Of a stretch of DNA of 64,000 nt, positions 47,737-63,344 are shown in pieces. Positions within the stretch are counted from its first letter, which is position 1; the number at the start of each line of letters is the position of its first letter. The notes below the pieces were generated by a model. That model had not been told where the DNA came from. It saw only the letters and a program-made list of their open reading frames with translations, and did not search any database. A program made the position numbers and the translations under genes. This stretch comes from the human T2T-CHM13v2.0 reference genome, Homo sapiens, in NCBI RefSeq assembly GCF_009914755.1, contig NC_060925.1; one strand, given 5' to 3'.

Positions 47737-49751
47737 TGGAGGCAGGATTTGCAATCAAGCAGGTGACTCTAAAATAAGTGAACTTATATATTATATTTAA
47801 ATTTTTCCAACAACTCTCTGCGGGGATTGCCCAGGTGTTGACACTTTCAGTACTGGCTCCCTCCATCCGGCCCTCATTCTCTTTTCTCTGATGCTCTGGT
47901 TATTTCCGGGCAACAGTGACATTCAGTCCCTGCCTCCAGGCCTTTGTTCATGCCGTGCTTTCTCTCTGGAACACCCTTGCCCCTGCCTGTCCATCCAGGA
48001 AACTCCTACTCACGCTTCAAGACCCAGGCCAGGCATCATGTTCTCCATGGGCAGCCCCCACCCCACCTGTCCCTGCATCTGGCACATCCTCCATCATAGC
48101 ACTTTGCAGGGGGGTCGGGCAGGGGAGAAGGGACAGGATTCCGTCCTCGGACCTGCCTCCTCTCTCTGTTCACCCACCCCTTCCTTCCACCAACATTCAC
48201 TGAGTTTGGCTTCTGTCCGAAGGCTCACATTCAGGGAGGAATGACCAGCCTCATGAAATTGGCATTACTGTCCCCTTTTTAGAAAATCTCCCACTCAGGT
48301 TTTGTAATTCCTGAGACCACAGGCCCCACTAGAAGGGAGCAGTCTGGGAACTCTGATCCCAGCAACCCAGGAACTCTGACCCCACTCCAGGCTGCCAAGG
48401 TCACCTTGGGGAGTTAATGGGGGAGCTCAGAGGCTGTAAGAGTGCCCCCTCCCCTCATCCACATCAGCTCCTCCTTCCTGCAGCTGTGCGTGCAGGAAAC
48501 GCTCCTCCTCTGTGTCGCACACTATAACACCATTGCCATTCAATCAGCAGTCGCGTTAATTAAATATGAATTGATTGTAAGAGCAGTGCTTGAGATGTAG
48601 AAGTGATACACTTAGGCACCAGATAATTAACTCAAAACAACAGGCAATAAGCATGGAGCCCGGTAAATACAACAACCTGGCAGACATCATTTAGATTCTT
48701 TTTACCCCTTGACTTTGAGGTTCAGTAGTAGCTGCCAAGTTCTTATTGATTAGCAATCCGTTGAAAATTTATGGCAAGATGAAATTAACTGGCCACAGTG
48801 AGGAGTGAGTTTGACCCAGGCCAAGGTCCTGTGGCCTGGCTGAGTTGAGATTGGAAAGCAATGTGAAGGAAGCACCACCATGCAGACACCCTCGGGAGGC
48901 ATCAACCCTCAAATGGCTTTTGTGGGGTCTCCATCCCTGCAGCTGGGAAGATGGCTGTGACCCACCAGCCCCAGGGGCAAATCTGACTGGAAACCTGCCA
49001 CAGCCCCTTACTCTCCAGACATTTGAGGCCCTTCATGATGCACTTGGCCTCTCCCTATCCCCATCTTCCTCCATGCACCCACACTGTCTCAGCCTGGCCA
49101 GGGCTGGGCACACTCAAAGTAAACCCCTGGCCTATTTGCAGACCTGCTAGTCCCCAGACTCTCCACCAGGCCCAGGGAAAACGAGCCCCAGGGCCTGGAA
49201 CCAACACATTAGTCAAGTGAGTTGCTAAAGTCTCACAGGGCATAACTTTGGGTCATTTCTGGTGCCCTTTCTTCTATCCCCAGCATGGATGGAGCCCAGA
49301 TGGTGTTTGTCTCCTGGCTCCCATGATGTCTCACCTCCAGGGCCAGGTACCTCTGAGACCACAAAGACAAAGGCCTATATACACAGCTATTACAAGTTAC
49401 TCAGAAACTGGAGTCAGCCTGGGAAGTCACTTGGAACCTCTTAGGCCTAAAAACTGCTGCTTTCCCTTCTCTTCCCACATATAATCCTTCATTGTCCACA
49501 TAGATATGGTCAATACATTCCTGCAAACCCCATGACACCAAGTGACGGCATGTCTGGATGCCAGAGGTAGAGGCACCGGAATGCCATTGGAAGGGCTCTG
49601 GCACGGAAGTCAGAACTGGGAGTCAGTCCCAGCTCCACCACAGGGCTTGGGCAAGCCCCTTCTTCTCTTTGGGTCTTGGCATTTTCACAAGTGAATGAAA
49701 AGCATTTAACCAGATATCTCAGGTCTTTAAAACTCTATGAGTCTCTGAGGC

Positions 49752-50490
49752 AGTAATAGATAATAATAATAATAGTTAATGATAGTGTTGTTGTTAATAC
49801 TGACAGTACTATGATGATGATGATGATGGAGAGGATGCTGATGGGAAAGATGATGATGATGGAAAAGATGAGGAGGATGGTGATGATGAACAGGATAATG
49901 ATGACGATAATGATGGAGAGGATGATGATGATGATGGTGGTGATGGAGAGAATGATGACAAGGATGGGGATAATGGTGATGATGATGGTGGAGAAGATGA
50001 TGATAAAGAGGATGATGATGGAGAGAATGATGATGAAGGAGAGAATGATGATGAACATGATGATGGAGATAATGATGATGGAAAGGATGATGATGGAGGT
50101 GATGATGACAGAGAGGATGATGACGATGATGATGGAAAAAATGATGATGATGAAGAAGATACTGATTATGGGGAAGATTATGATGATGGAGAGGATTATG
50201 ATGGAGAAAATGATGTGATGGAGAGGATGATGATGATGATGGAGAAGATGACGATGAAGAAGAAGATAATGATTACGGGGAAGATTATGATGAAGAAGAT
50301 TATGATGATGGAGAGGATGATGATGAAGAAGATAATGATTATGGGGAAGATTATGATGATGGAGAGGATTATGATGATGGAGAAGATGATGATGATGAAG
50401 AAGATAATGATTATAAAGATTATGATGATGGAGAAGATGATGATGGAGAAAATGAAGATGATGAGAGGATGATGACACCAAGTGATGGTG
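49752..50490. repeat. Degenerate (GAT/GGA/GAA)n tract, about 0.7 kb
   Basis: Direct inspection; recurring ggagaggatgatgatga and gaagattatgatga subunits. Confidence 0.93.
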
Positions 50491-51389
50491 GAGCATATAC
50501 CTTGCTTGGTGCTGCATTGGGTGCCTCACACACACCATCTCTCACAGCACAATAACTTATGCAAAAGAAGTTTTCTTGGTTTTATCTTCCGTATGAGAAA
50601 ACTGAGGCACAGCAATATCAAGTGTCCTGGAAGGTCACACCATTTCAACCATGAAGGCAATAGAGCTCCAGAGGCCGCATGCCTCCTTCATCCTGGGCTT
50701 GGAACTATCCTGACGCATTAAGAACCCCCAGCCCCTCAGTCCTCCTCCTCTACTTAAGTTGGGCAGAAAGTGAAAAGCTCACCATCAGTTTTCCTGAAAC
50801 TCATCTTTTGCTTTGCAATTTGGCCTGCTAGCTGCTTGAGGCCCATTTTTCTCTTGGCCTCAGATGCCTTTTATGTCATATCCATTTTCACTCTATCACA
50901 TTTAGTTAAACATCCAAACTATGGATTCAGATGGGTAACTCCTGATCCTGGGAGGCTCTCTTGGTACCTTCCTACAACTGCAGTTTGATGTCTGGGGTGG
51001 CCAGAACTGCAACAGGACCTGAGTCCATGTAGGGTTGGGCAACAGCCAGGAAAACCACACTGTCACTCCCTGAAGACCCCCAGCTCATAGATACTGAGGG
51101 CAGAAGAGGGCTGGGTGGACCCTGACTCCAGGCTGAGACAAGAGAAGTTCAGACACCAGCCCTGGTCACTCAGCACAAAACCTCAGAGATGGGATGAGGA
51201 ATCTGCTCCTCCAACTCCATGACCAGCCCTGTCCCCCAATAGGCACTGAGTGTTTGGGGAGGTGTCTGATCATGTCTATGTTCTCTCTGCCTGAGCCTAG
51301 CCTCATGCAGCCTCCTCTGATCTGCAGCCAGCATATCCTCTGCTCCCAAGACTGTGCCCAGCACAGCAGGGTGCTTAGTAAATATCCAT

Positions 51390-51495
51390 ATTTTAATACT
51401 ATAGTCACCACGTTGTACAATAGATCTCTTGAACTTATTCCCCTTATATAACCGAAATTTTACATCCTTTGACCAACATCTCACCAACCCCCATA
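51390..51495 (-). mobile_element. L1MA 3' UTR fragment
   Basis: actatagtcaccacgttgtacaatagatctcttgaacttattcc...tttgaccaacatctc. Confidence 0.75.
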
Positions 51496-51501
51496 CACAT
51501 A

Positions 51502-51768
<267 letters not shown>

Positions 51769-52499
51769 TTAAGAATAATTAAGAATGAACAAGTCCTTCA
51801 ATTAAAATGAAATTAATGTAATTGTCCTTTCAAAGATGACCCCCTGTCCTCTAAACAGGCAGCCCCAGATTCATAGCTGCCTGCTCTGGCATTTTCCCTT
51901 GGAGGTCTAAAACCCATCTTCAGCTTTCTTGTTTAAAACAGGGCTATTTCCTCCCTTGAACTGACTCTTCTCCCACCTTACCCAGCCCAGGGCACAGCTT
52001 CACCCCACCCCACACTGACCACAAGCCCTGGAGTCCCCTTGATCACTCCTGTCCTCTGCCCTCTGCCCTCTGCATCTGATCCATCCTGCAGCTCTTTGAG
52101 ATACTCCTTCCAAAATGCATCCCACTCCGGTCATGTCCCTTCATCTCTGCCCACTGCCCAGTCCAGGCCTCTCATCTGGCCTGCCCACAGCTACAGCCTC
52201 CCTGACATCCCCTGCCCCCATCCCTGCCTGGTTCACAGGTGGAATCATGTTGCTCCTCTGCTTAAAAGTCAGCCATTGCCTCCGGCTAAACTTGGAATAA
52301 AACCCAAGCTTCTCACCCAGCCCTCACGGCCATGGGATCTGGCCTCACCTGCCTCTCAATCATTTGGCCCTACAGTTCCCTCTCCCAGGAGCTCCCTCCC
52401 CTGGCTTTTCTCATGCTGGTTCCTTCTCAGCCTCAGCTGTCAATTTCAACATTGTCTCCTCCAAATCATCTTCCCTGAGCACTGTGCTAAGGTCACCCT

Positions 52500-53010
52500 T
52501 CCCCCTGCACAGGGGTGTCCCTTCCCACCCTCGCTTCACCCTTGTCCCCTCTACTCTGTGCTTCTGGGTGGCAGCCCTTATCGGCTACATCAAGGGGCTC
52601 CTCATCCTCTGGCTTCAAGGTGAGTTTGGTTAACAGGGAGCCCCAGCAGGAGATCAAGGAAGGAGGAGGAGAGGAAGGTTGGGGTGTTTATCCCCTGACA
52701 AGGTCCTGCCCTGGGAAGAGCTAAGGCTAGCTTTCCTCAGACTGCAGCTTTCAGCTCCTGTTATCATGTGGTCCCTCCCCACCCAGCCCCCTGGCAGGGC
52801 TCCTCCACCCAGCTTTCTCCATCTCCGGGTTCCACTCATTGCTCCTCCCCGCACCCTCGCAAACCCAAGGGTGGTAATGGAGCCCTCTGTTGCCGGATGC
52901 CAGGAAACAGCACCATCTCCAGGATTTCCTTATGCCCTGCCCATGCCTTCGCCTTCTTGGTCTCTTTTTTACACTCTCCAAAAATTGCCTGACTTGACTG
53001 TGCCATCTCA
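52500..53010 (+). mobile_element. LTR33-like ERVL LTR within L2
   Basis: tacatcaaggggctcctcatcctctggcttc...ttggttaacagggagccccagcaggagatcaagg. Confidence 0.55.
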
Positions 53011-54898
53011 TCTGTCCCTTGCCACATCCCCACTGACACACTGCCCACCCTCCTCACTTCCGTCTCCTCACCCTGTCCAATTCCCCCACGGAACTTCTCA
53101 CTTCCCAGCATGATTGCTTGTGTACTATCTGCATCCCCCACCAGAACACAAGCTCCATCTGAGACGGGGATTCATTGCATCATATGTCAGCGGAATAGAG
53201 AAAACACATGCTCACACCTCCTAACTCTGCTCAAACTCGCAGGGAAGCCCAGCCAATTCTGTGAAAGTTCATGGTGAAATCACATTGACTTTTAAATGCC
53301 TGCACACGGCATTTCCCAAACTGGGATCAGGCAACACTCATTTAGGAGGTGTTGGCAAGCAGTTGGCAACCTGATACCGACAGACCATATCTGCCAGGTT
53401 GTCCTCATTTCACCGAGCGCCTCTGACAATTTCATCTCCCGCTATCATGACCTCAAGTCTGTCCACTGGCCCCAGTCCAGACTGGGAAAGCCCTCATGCG
53501 CCAGCCCCTCTGAAGCCCAGGGAGTTCCAGCATGAGGCCTTTGCTCCATGGGCTTCATTTCACTGCTGTCTCCACACCCCTCAAAACCACGTGGGCCAAG
53601 GCAGAGCCAAGACTACATCAGCCATGGGTCAGGAGATCAAATCCTGGTCTCTGTTCTGTCACCAACTTACTATGTGACTTTGAGCAGGTTGAATTCCCAC
53701 CCTGTACCTCGGTTTCCCCAAATTCTCCTGCTGTTCCTGCTGCCTGGAATTACCTTCCCAGTGAGCAGGTTGGATCATACATTCTCCTAGCACGTCCCTG
53801 CACTGGTGGTGAGACATTGCTCAGAGAGATTAAACTGGCATAGTTCCTGTTGATGGTCATCTTTCTTTAGAAGGTGAGAAAGGAGAAAAAAATGTCAGCT
53901 TGGCTATGACACATAACCACTATGATCAGACAGCAAAAGACCCAAGCTCGTGCTGGTCTCTGCTGGCCTGACTGCCAGCATGATTTAGTTCCCAGGGTAA
54001 GTAAACTCCTCCTTTCTGGATGAGATGAAGCCTTGAGACAATAAAAATGTGCCCCTCCTCCAATATGTAGGTGATAGTACCAGCTAAGCCAGAGAGGAGG
54101 GATGAGGCCCCTTCTTGATGACATAGCCTTTTGGGAGATGGACCAACAAGAAGGTGCTGAACCTGATGATGGGGAGCTGTGGGAATGGGAGAGCCAGCAT
54201 CAGCCTCATGTTGCCACTGTCATCATGGCGTAGCCTCTGCTGTCCTGAGAGCTCTCTGTGGAGCAACTCACCTGACTCTCACAACAGCACCATGAGGAAC
54301 TCAGGGTCAACACCATCACCATTTCCAGGTGAGAACAAGGTTTCAGGGCTATATCTCTTGCCCAAAGCCACAAGCTTGTAAGTGGCTATAAAAAGACCAT
54401 GACAGCACCAAGCCCCAGCCAAGAGCTTGTTCTGTGTTTGCTGATTGATGCACTGACACCCGGTGTGGTCCTTACTGTTCCCTTTGCATCAAGCAACCAA
54501 GGACAAGGGCCCAGCCACCATGAGTCAGAGTCTAGGTGGGGCCACTGGCATCACACCTGTCACCTGGCTCACATATGTCACCTGGCACCTCCTGCCACCT
54601 GGCCCAGATCATGAGGACCAGTGTTTCAGAGCTAGGGAATGGAGAGTGTTTGGGGAAGGAAGCTAGGGAATGGGGAGTGAATGGGGAAGGAAAGGGGGTG
54701 ACATTGCCTCCCCCTTCATCAAGAAGGCTGCTGTGAACTCCATTTTCATTCCCTTTTTTGGTGGGTCTGAGGTTCACACAGCCACAATCGTTCAGCCCTG
54801 TGGGTGGGTCAGGGCATATGGGATAAACTATTTTTCCTTGTCATGGGTCTGCCTACAGCAGCAGAATTGGATTCTAGATGATGTATGAAAAAGATACA

Positions 54899-55533
<635 letters not shown>

Positions 55534-55988
55534 TCAAAGGAGGAGCCAGCATCCAGTTCCATGGGGCCTGAGCTGGGCCGAGTGCTCCCTCCAGGGCAGG
55601 GAGAGCATCTGGCCAAGGTCAGGGGCCAGTCGCTGGTTGTGGACAAGTGGGGCCGCCTCCAGTGTCTGCCCCTCCAAGAGTTTCTGCCGTGGAAGTCAGT
55701 CGGTTTCCCCAGTGAATAATCAGGACACCATCAAGACAAGATCATGGGACACATGTGAGGAACAGAAGCTCAGTGTTCCTCCCCCACACGCCCACATGAG
55801 CTAGCCCAGCGCTAATGCTGCTCTGCCCTAGACCAGCCAGGCCTGGGGTGAGCCGCTGGTGTGAGGGGCATCAGGAATGGGGGCCGCTTATGCAGAGGGA
55901 TTCTGAAGCCGCATAGAAAGCTTACCCTGGGGGGAAATAAAAAAAGGAAGTTAACCCATCATCTTACAACTGAGCCCCAAATTCTGCT

Positions 55989-56170
55989 GAAGAAGAAAGA
56001 GGAGGAGGAGGGAAAGAAAGAGTAGGAGGAAGGGGAGGAGGAGGATAAGAAAGAGGGGGAGAGAGAGGAAGAGAAGGAAGGGAAGGAGGAAGAGGAAGAG
56101 GAGGAAAGGGAGGAGGAGGAGGAAGAGAAACAGGAAGAGGAACAGAGGGAAGAAGAAGAGGAGGAGGAAA
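55989..56170. repeat. Polypurine (GAG/GAA) low-complexity tract
   Basis: Direct inspection. Confidence 0.9.
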
Positions 56171-57409
56171 TTCTCTGATGTGTGCCCCATGATGGTTTAT
56201 GAAGTGCTTTCTCTTTGAAACCCCATGTGGCCCCCACAACCCTCTTTGAACCACGTGAGGCAGAATCCTAGGAGGAAACTGAGGACCAGGGAGGTCCGCA
56301 CAGTTAGTAGGAGGCACAGCTGGGACTGGAGCCCAGGCCTCCGGACCCCCAGTTGAAGGTTTAATCTCATGAAGCCACAAAGAGTCACAGAGCTCTTTCA
56401 CAGCCATGTGCTAGCCCCACCCCAGAACAGAGGCCCATCTCCCTGAGTGGTAGAGGAGGCATTCCCAGGGAGGGGGAGGAGAGAGGGAACTCCTGGGTCT
56501 GTGTGTCTGCGAGCCCCCGCCCAGCTTCCACACATAGCACAGGCCCTGGCAGGCTAGTGAGGGTGCAGGTGAATGAGGCTTAAATGGGAGTCCATCAGGA
56601 TCCTTGGGCATAGCACCAGGCAGAGGCAGGAGCCGAGAGGGGAGTGAGTGGACAGGAGCCACTGTGGCATCAGATTCAAGTGTGTCCATCAGTCCCAAAC
56701 AGTATTAGAGACCTGCCAGAGCCAGCCACGTGTCCCCGCCCAGCTCGGGACATTTCAGGCTCCAGCAGTGACAACTGCTCTGTTTCTGTCAAGGTCCAGC
56801 TGTTTTAATGGAGACTTTAAATAATCCCTCTGCTGCCAATAAATTTATGTCATGGTGTTCCAGCCACAGCCAGGCTCTTGTTTCATGAGTCATCCCTGGT
56901 CGGCTGGTTCAGAGGGAACCCCCGGCTGGTGCAATGAAGGAAGGACCAGGTCAGCCTTCTGCCCCTTGTCGGGTGTCAGGAAAGGATCTCACACACCCAC
57001 ACTATGGCTCTAGGGCTCCACCTTCCAGAGTGACCAGTGATCAGCATTAATAGTAATCCTGCCTGGGGCCCCTCAGCTGGAATCCTGCCCGAATCCAAAG
57101 AGAGGACTTTTCCCTTGATCGTGTCCCTCTGAAGCTGAGAAAGGAGAGAGACTCCGTGACTTCCTGGAGGACATGGTGGAGCCCAGGGCCTGGAGGCCAC
57201 CATGCATCTGCAGGGCAGGGGTGGGGCAGGTGGTCACAGGAAACATGGGCAGAGAGGGCTGGAAGCTGGAAAGTACAGGAATGGGGAAGCCAACCAGGTG
57301 GGCAGGGGTGGTCATCAGCCACAGAGCCCACCCAGAACAGAGGCCGAGCCCAGCCTAGGGTTGGGAGAGGGTCTCTGGGATCAGACTCCCTGGGTTCAAG
57401 TGATTCCCT

Positions 57410-57545
57410 GGGTTCAAGAGGTTCACTACCTCTACCACCGACTAGCTGTGTGACCTTGAGGAAGTCACTTAACCTCTCTGTGCCTCAGCCATATGAGAGT
57501 TAAATAAGATAAAATACATAAAGTGCTGAAAGCAATACCTGGCCA
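57410..57545 (+). mobile_element. MIR
   Basis: ctagctgtgtgaccttgaggaagtcacttaacctctctgtgcctcag. Confidence 0.8.
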
Positions 57546-60302
57546 TGGTGATCATTCATGAGGGCTGCTATTGGGCAGGTTCCTCATGTTCACCCTCCCC
57601 CTGCCTGTCTGTTCTTCAAGGGGTGGTCATCCCTGATGCTGCAGAAAAGCATCCAAACTGAAGGGCACAGGGCTGGTGGAGATTTAGACAAAGGGAGCCT
57701 GAACTGGGCCATCCTATCCCAAAGGAATGATTCTCCAGGATGCCCTCCCAGCATCTGTAGACTGGTCAGGCAGCTACTGTGGGTGGGCCTGGGATTTGCC
57801 CAGGGAGCTGGGGGGTTGCAGAGATCTGCCCTGGATCCCTGAAACCCGACCATGTGGGTGGCCTCTCCAGCCGTTTGTAACAACATTTCTCAACAAGCAA
57901 CATCCCCATGAGGTAGGCAGGGTGCTTCCAGGTGAGGCAAGTGAGGCTCAGTGAGAGGAAGAGACTGTTCTCTCCAGCGCATCACTGGCAGTCAGATAAG
58001 AACCCAGGACTCCAAGGCACACAAAACAGGTAGGTGCTTAATGCTGGAAAGCTTGGTGACCCCTTGGCCACTTGTGAGGTCTATTTTTGAAGCTGCTGAA
58101 AGGGCACCTCCTCTCCTACCTGCCATTTGCAGCCCAGCTCCCAGTGAACTTCAGAAAATGAGATGAGAGGAGAAAGGGACAAGGATCCCCACATCCCCAG
58201 TCACAGCAGCGCTTACAAATGCCTGCCCATTGTGAGCCCAGGCGGCCCTTCACACCGCCAAGGTCAGACAGCGTCTTTACATCCTAAACATGGCCATGAC
58301 ACAGGCGTCCTGCCGGGAATAAATCCTGCCCACATTTCCCTGTCCTCAGGCACCTCTGGGCCCCAGCGGTGACAACTGCTCTGTTTCATCAAGGTCCAGC
58401 TATTTTCATGGGTACTTTAAATAACTCCCTCTGCTGCCAAGGAATCTGTGTCCTGCTGAAACGTGTGCTATTGAATAGATGACCAAGAGAGGTTCAGGGC
58501 CTGGCTGTTGTTGGACAATGAGCACAAAGCTCCCTCCCTGTCCTTCATCTTCCAGGAAGCCAGTTTCCAGTGACTCAGCAGATCCACCACGGAGTGCCAG
58601 GCCATGTGCAGGGCTCTGGGCTCAGAGAGAACGATTGTTCATGTGCCTGTGACCATGAGAAGTTCATAGTCAGATGGCGGAGGCAGACCTGCCAGCAACA
58701 CACACCACCCACCTGCAAAGCGCCAGATGAGAGGTCACAGCAATGGCTGCCATTCCATGACCACCTGCTGTCAACAGCGCTACTCAGTTAGGGCCTACTG
58801 TGTGCCAGCCTGGGGCCAGGAGAGTCACAGGTGTTGTCATTAGCTCTCACAACAACCTTCCTTGTTGGAATGTAATTTATTCTGAACAGCTTTATTGATG
58901 TATAATTTGCGTACAGTAAACGATGCATATTTAAAGTATAAAATTGCATACCTTTGACATGTAAACACCCATGAAATCATCATAATCAAGATAATGAGTT
59001 CCCTCACACCCCTTAGCAATCTCTCTCTTTTGCTCCCTGTCCCCATTCCCAATCACTGATCTGCTGTGACTATAAATTAGTTTGTATTTTCAAGAGTTTT
59101 ATATAAATGAAATATTTCAGTATGTCTGGCTTCTTTCACTCACAATAATTATTTTGAGAATCATTCCTGATACAGCACATGTGAACAGTCCATCAACAGT
59201 CCATTCCTTTTTGTAGATGAGTAGTATCCCATTGTATGGAGATCCCACAATTATTTGTATCCATTGTTTGATGAACACGTGAACTGTGTCCAGGTTGTGG
59301 CTCTTACAAATAGAGCAGCTATGAAAGAATGTTCATTCAGGTATAAGTCTTTGTGTGGACAAACGCTGACATTTGTCTTGGATAAATTCCTCGGAGTGGA
59401 ATTACTATACCATCTGATAAGTGTATTTTCAACTTTTTAAGAAACTACCAAACTGTTTTCCAAAATGGTTGTATTATTTTATATCATCACCAAGAGTGCC
59501 AGAGAGCTCCGTTTCCTCCACATCCTTGCCAGCACATGATATGTTCAGTCTTCATAATTTTAGCCATTCTAATAAATATGTAGTAACATCTCACTGTAGT
59601 GTTAACTTTTGATTCCCTAATAACCAAAGGGTCAGAGCATCTTTTCATTTGTTTGTCATCTGTATATCTTCTGTGATAAAGTGTCTGTTCAGGTCTTTTG
59701 CTATTTTTTGTTGGGTTTTTTACTGAGTTTTGAGAATCTTTGTATATTCTGGATAAAAGTCCTTTACTAAATATATGCCTTGCAAATATCTTCCCCTAGG
59801 TTGTGTCTTCTCTTTTCATTCTCCTATCGGAGTCTTTTAAAGAGCAATGGTTTTTTTCTTTTGATGACGTCCAACTTATCATTTTGTTCTTTTATGGATC
59901 ATACTTTTTATGCCACATTGAAGCAATCTTGATCTAAAATAAGGCTGTAAAATTTTTTCTATGTTGTCTTCAAGTTGTTTTGTAGTTTTAAATTTTACAT
60001 TTAGATCTATCATACATTTCCAGTCAATTTTTGTATATGGTACAAGGTAGGGATCAAAGTTTCCTTTTTGTTTGTTTGCTTTGTTTTATGACTATCCAGT
60101 TGTTCCTCCACCATTTGTTGAGGAGACTATTCTTACTCTCCTGAATTGCCTTCATGCTGTGGTCAAAAATCACTTGTAAATCTTTACATAAGTTTATTTC
60201 TAGACCCTCTACTGTTTCACTGATCTATTTATCTTGATGCCAATATCTCCTGCTTTGATTGCTGTAACTTTATAATTCAAAATTGGGGACTGAATCTGTA
60301 CT

Positions 60303-60619
<317 letters not shown>

Positions 60620-60711
60620 CCTTAACCTGTACTTCTTTTACAAAGTTGCTTTGGCTTTTATAGGTCCTTTGAATTTCCATGTGCATTTAGAATCTGCTTC
60701 TCAATTTCTAC

Positions 60712-61680
<969 letters not shown>

Positions 61681-63344
61681 TACAATAGGATTTTATTGAA
61701 TCTATAGATTAATTTGAGGACAATAGGTATCTTAACAATATGGAGTCTTCTAATCCATAAAACCCAGTATTTTTATTCATTTGTTTAGGTCTTCTTCAGC
61801 TTCCATCAGCAATATTTAGCAGTTTTAAGTGTACAAGTCTTTTCCACCTTTTGTCAGCTTTATTCTTAAATGTTTTATATTGTTATGTTATTGAAACATA
61901 ACAATATAAAACATCTGTCCAATATAAAAAAGATGGACAACTGATTTTTGATTAAAGCATGAGGCAATTCATGGAAGTTAAAGATAGTCTTCTCAACAAA
62001 TGGCAAAGAAACAATTGGATAGGAACAACTGGATAACATATGTTATGTTGTGGTATTTTTAAAATTTTAATTTCCAATTCTTTCCTACTGGTATATGGAA
62101 ATACATTTGATTTCTGTAAGATGATCTTATATCCTGCAACCTTATTAAACTGACTACTTAGCTATCATAGATTTCCTGTACATTCCATCAGATTTTCTGT
62201 AACACATAGAGAATCATTTTATCTGTGAATAAAAACAGTTTACCTCCTTTTCCCATCTGAACACTGTTTGCTTATTTTTCTTGCTCCCATTGGATTGGTT
62301 AAATCTCCAGTGCAATGTTGAATAGAGGTTGCAAGAGCAGATATTTGTGTTTTGTTCCTGATCTTAGAGGGAAGACACTAAGTCTTTCACCACTAAATAT
62401 GACACTAGTTGTAGGTTATTTGTAGATGCCCTCTATCAGGTGAGAAAATATCTTTCTATCTTACTTTGCATAGAGTTTTTATGAAAAATGGATGTTGGAT
62501 TTTGTCAAATGCTTTTTCTAAATCTATTATATGGTTTTTCTTTTTTAACTTGTTAATATGGTGAATTGCATTGAAAATCGATTAATTTTCAGATGTTAAA
62601 CCCACCGTGCATTACTTATATACCCCTTAATTGGTCATAATGATATTATATCATTTTTATATACTTTTAAATTCAATTTGTTAAGATTTTATTTAGAAAC
62701 TTTACATTTGTGTTTATGATAGATACTGGCCTGTAGCTTGCTTTATTAGTAAAATATTTTTCTGGTTTTGGGATCACAGTAATGCTGGCATCATGCAATT
62801 AGTTAGGAAGTACTTCCTCTTTTCCATTGCCAAAAAAATTTGTTTAAAATTGGTAATTTTTTTTCTTAAGTGTTTGGTAGAATTCACCAGTGAAGCCATC
62901 TGGGCCTGGAGTTCTCTCTGTGAGAGGTTTTTAGCTACAACTTCAATATTTAAAAATAAATATAGGGCTATTCAGGTTATCTATTTCTTCATGAGTGAGC
63001 TTTAGTAGTTTGTGTCTTTCAGGGAATTCATCTATTTCATCTAAGTTATTGAATTTAATGCCTTCAAGTTGTTCATAATATTCCCTTAATTATACTTTTA
63101 ACACCTATGAATACTATGATAGTTTTAACATCTGTGAATCTCTCTCATTCCTGATGTTGATCATTTTTGTCTTCTTTCTGTTTTCCTAACCAGTCTGACT
63201 AGGCATTTATTAATTTTATTGTCTCAAAAACCCAGCTCTTGGTTTCATTTATTTTCTCCATTCCTTTTTTGTTCTTATTTAATCATTTTTAAATTTTAAC
63301 CTGTTTGTGTCTTTATATTTGAAGTGTACTGGTCTTGAGAAGCT

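Noticed and set aside
48325-48342. CTCF-like ccactagaagggagc
   Set aside because: Mismatches at core positions
49735-50538. 267 aa His/Ile-rich ORF and poly-Met ORFs
   Set aside because: Simple-repeat artefacts
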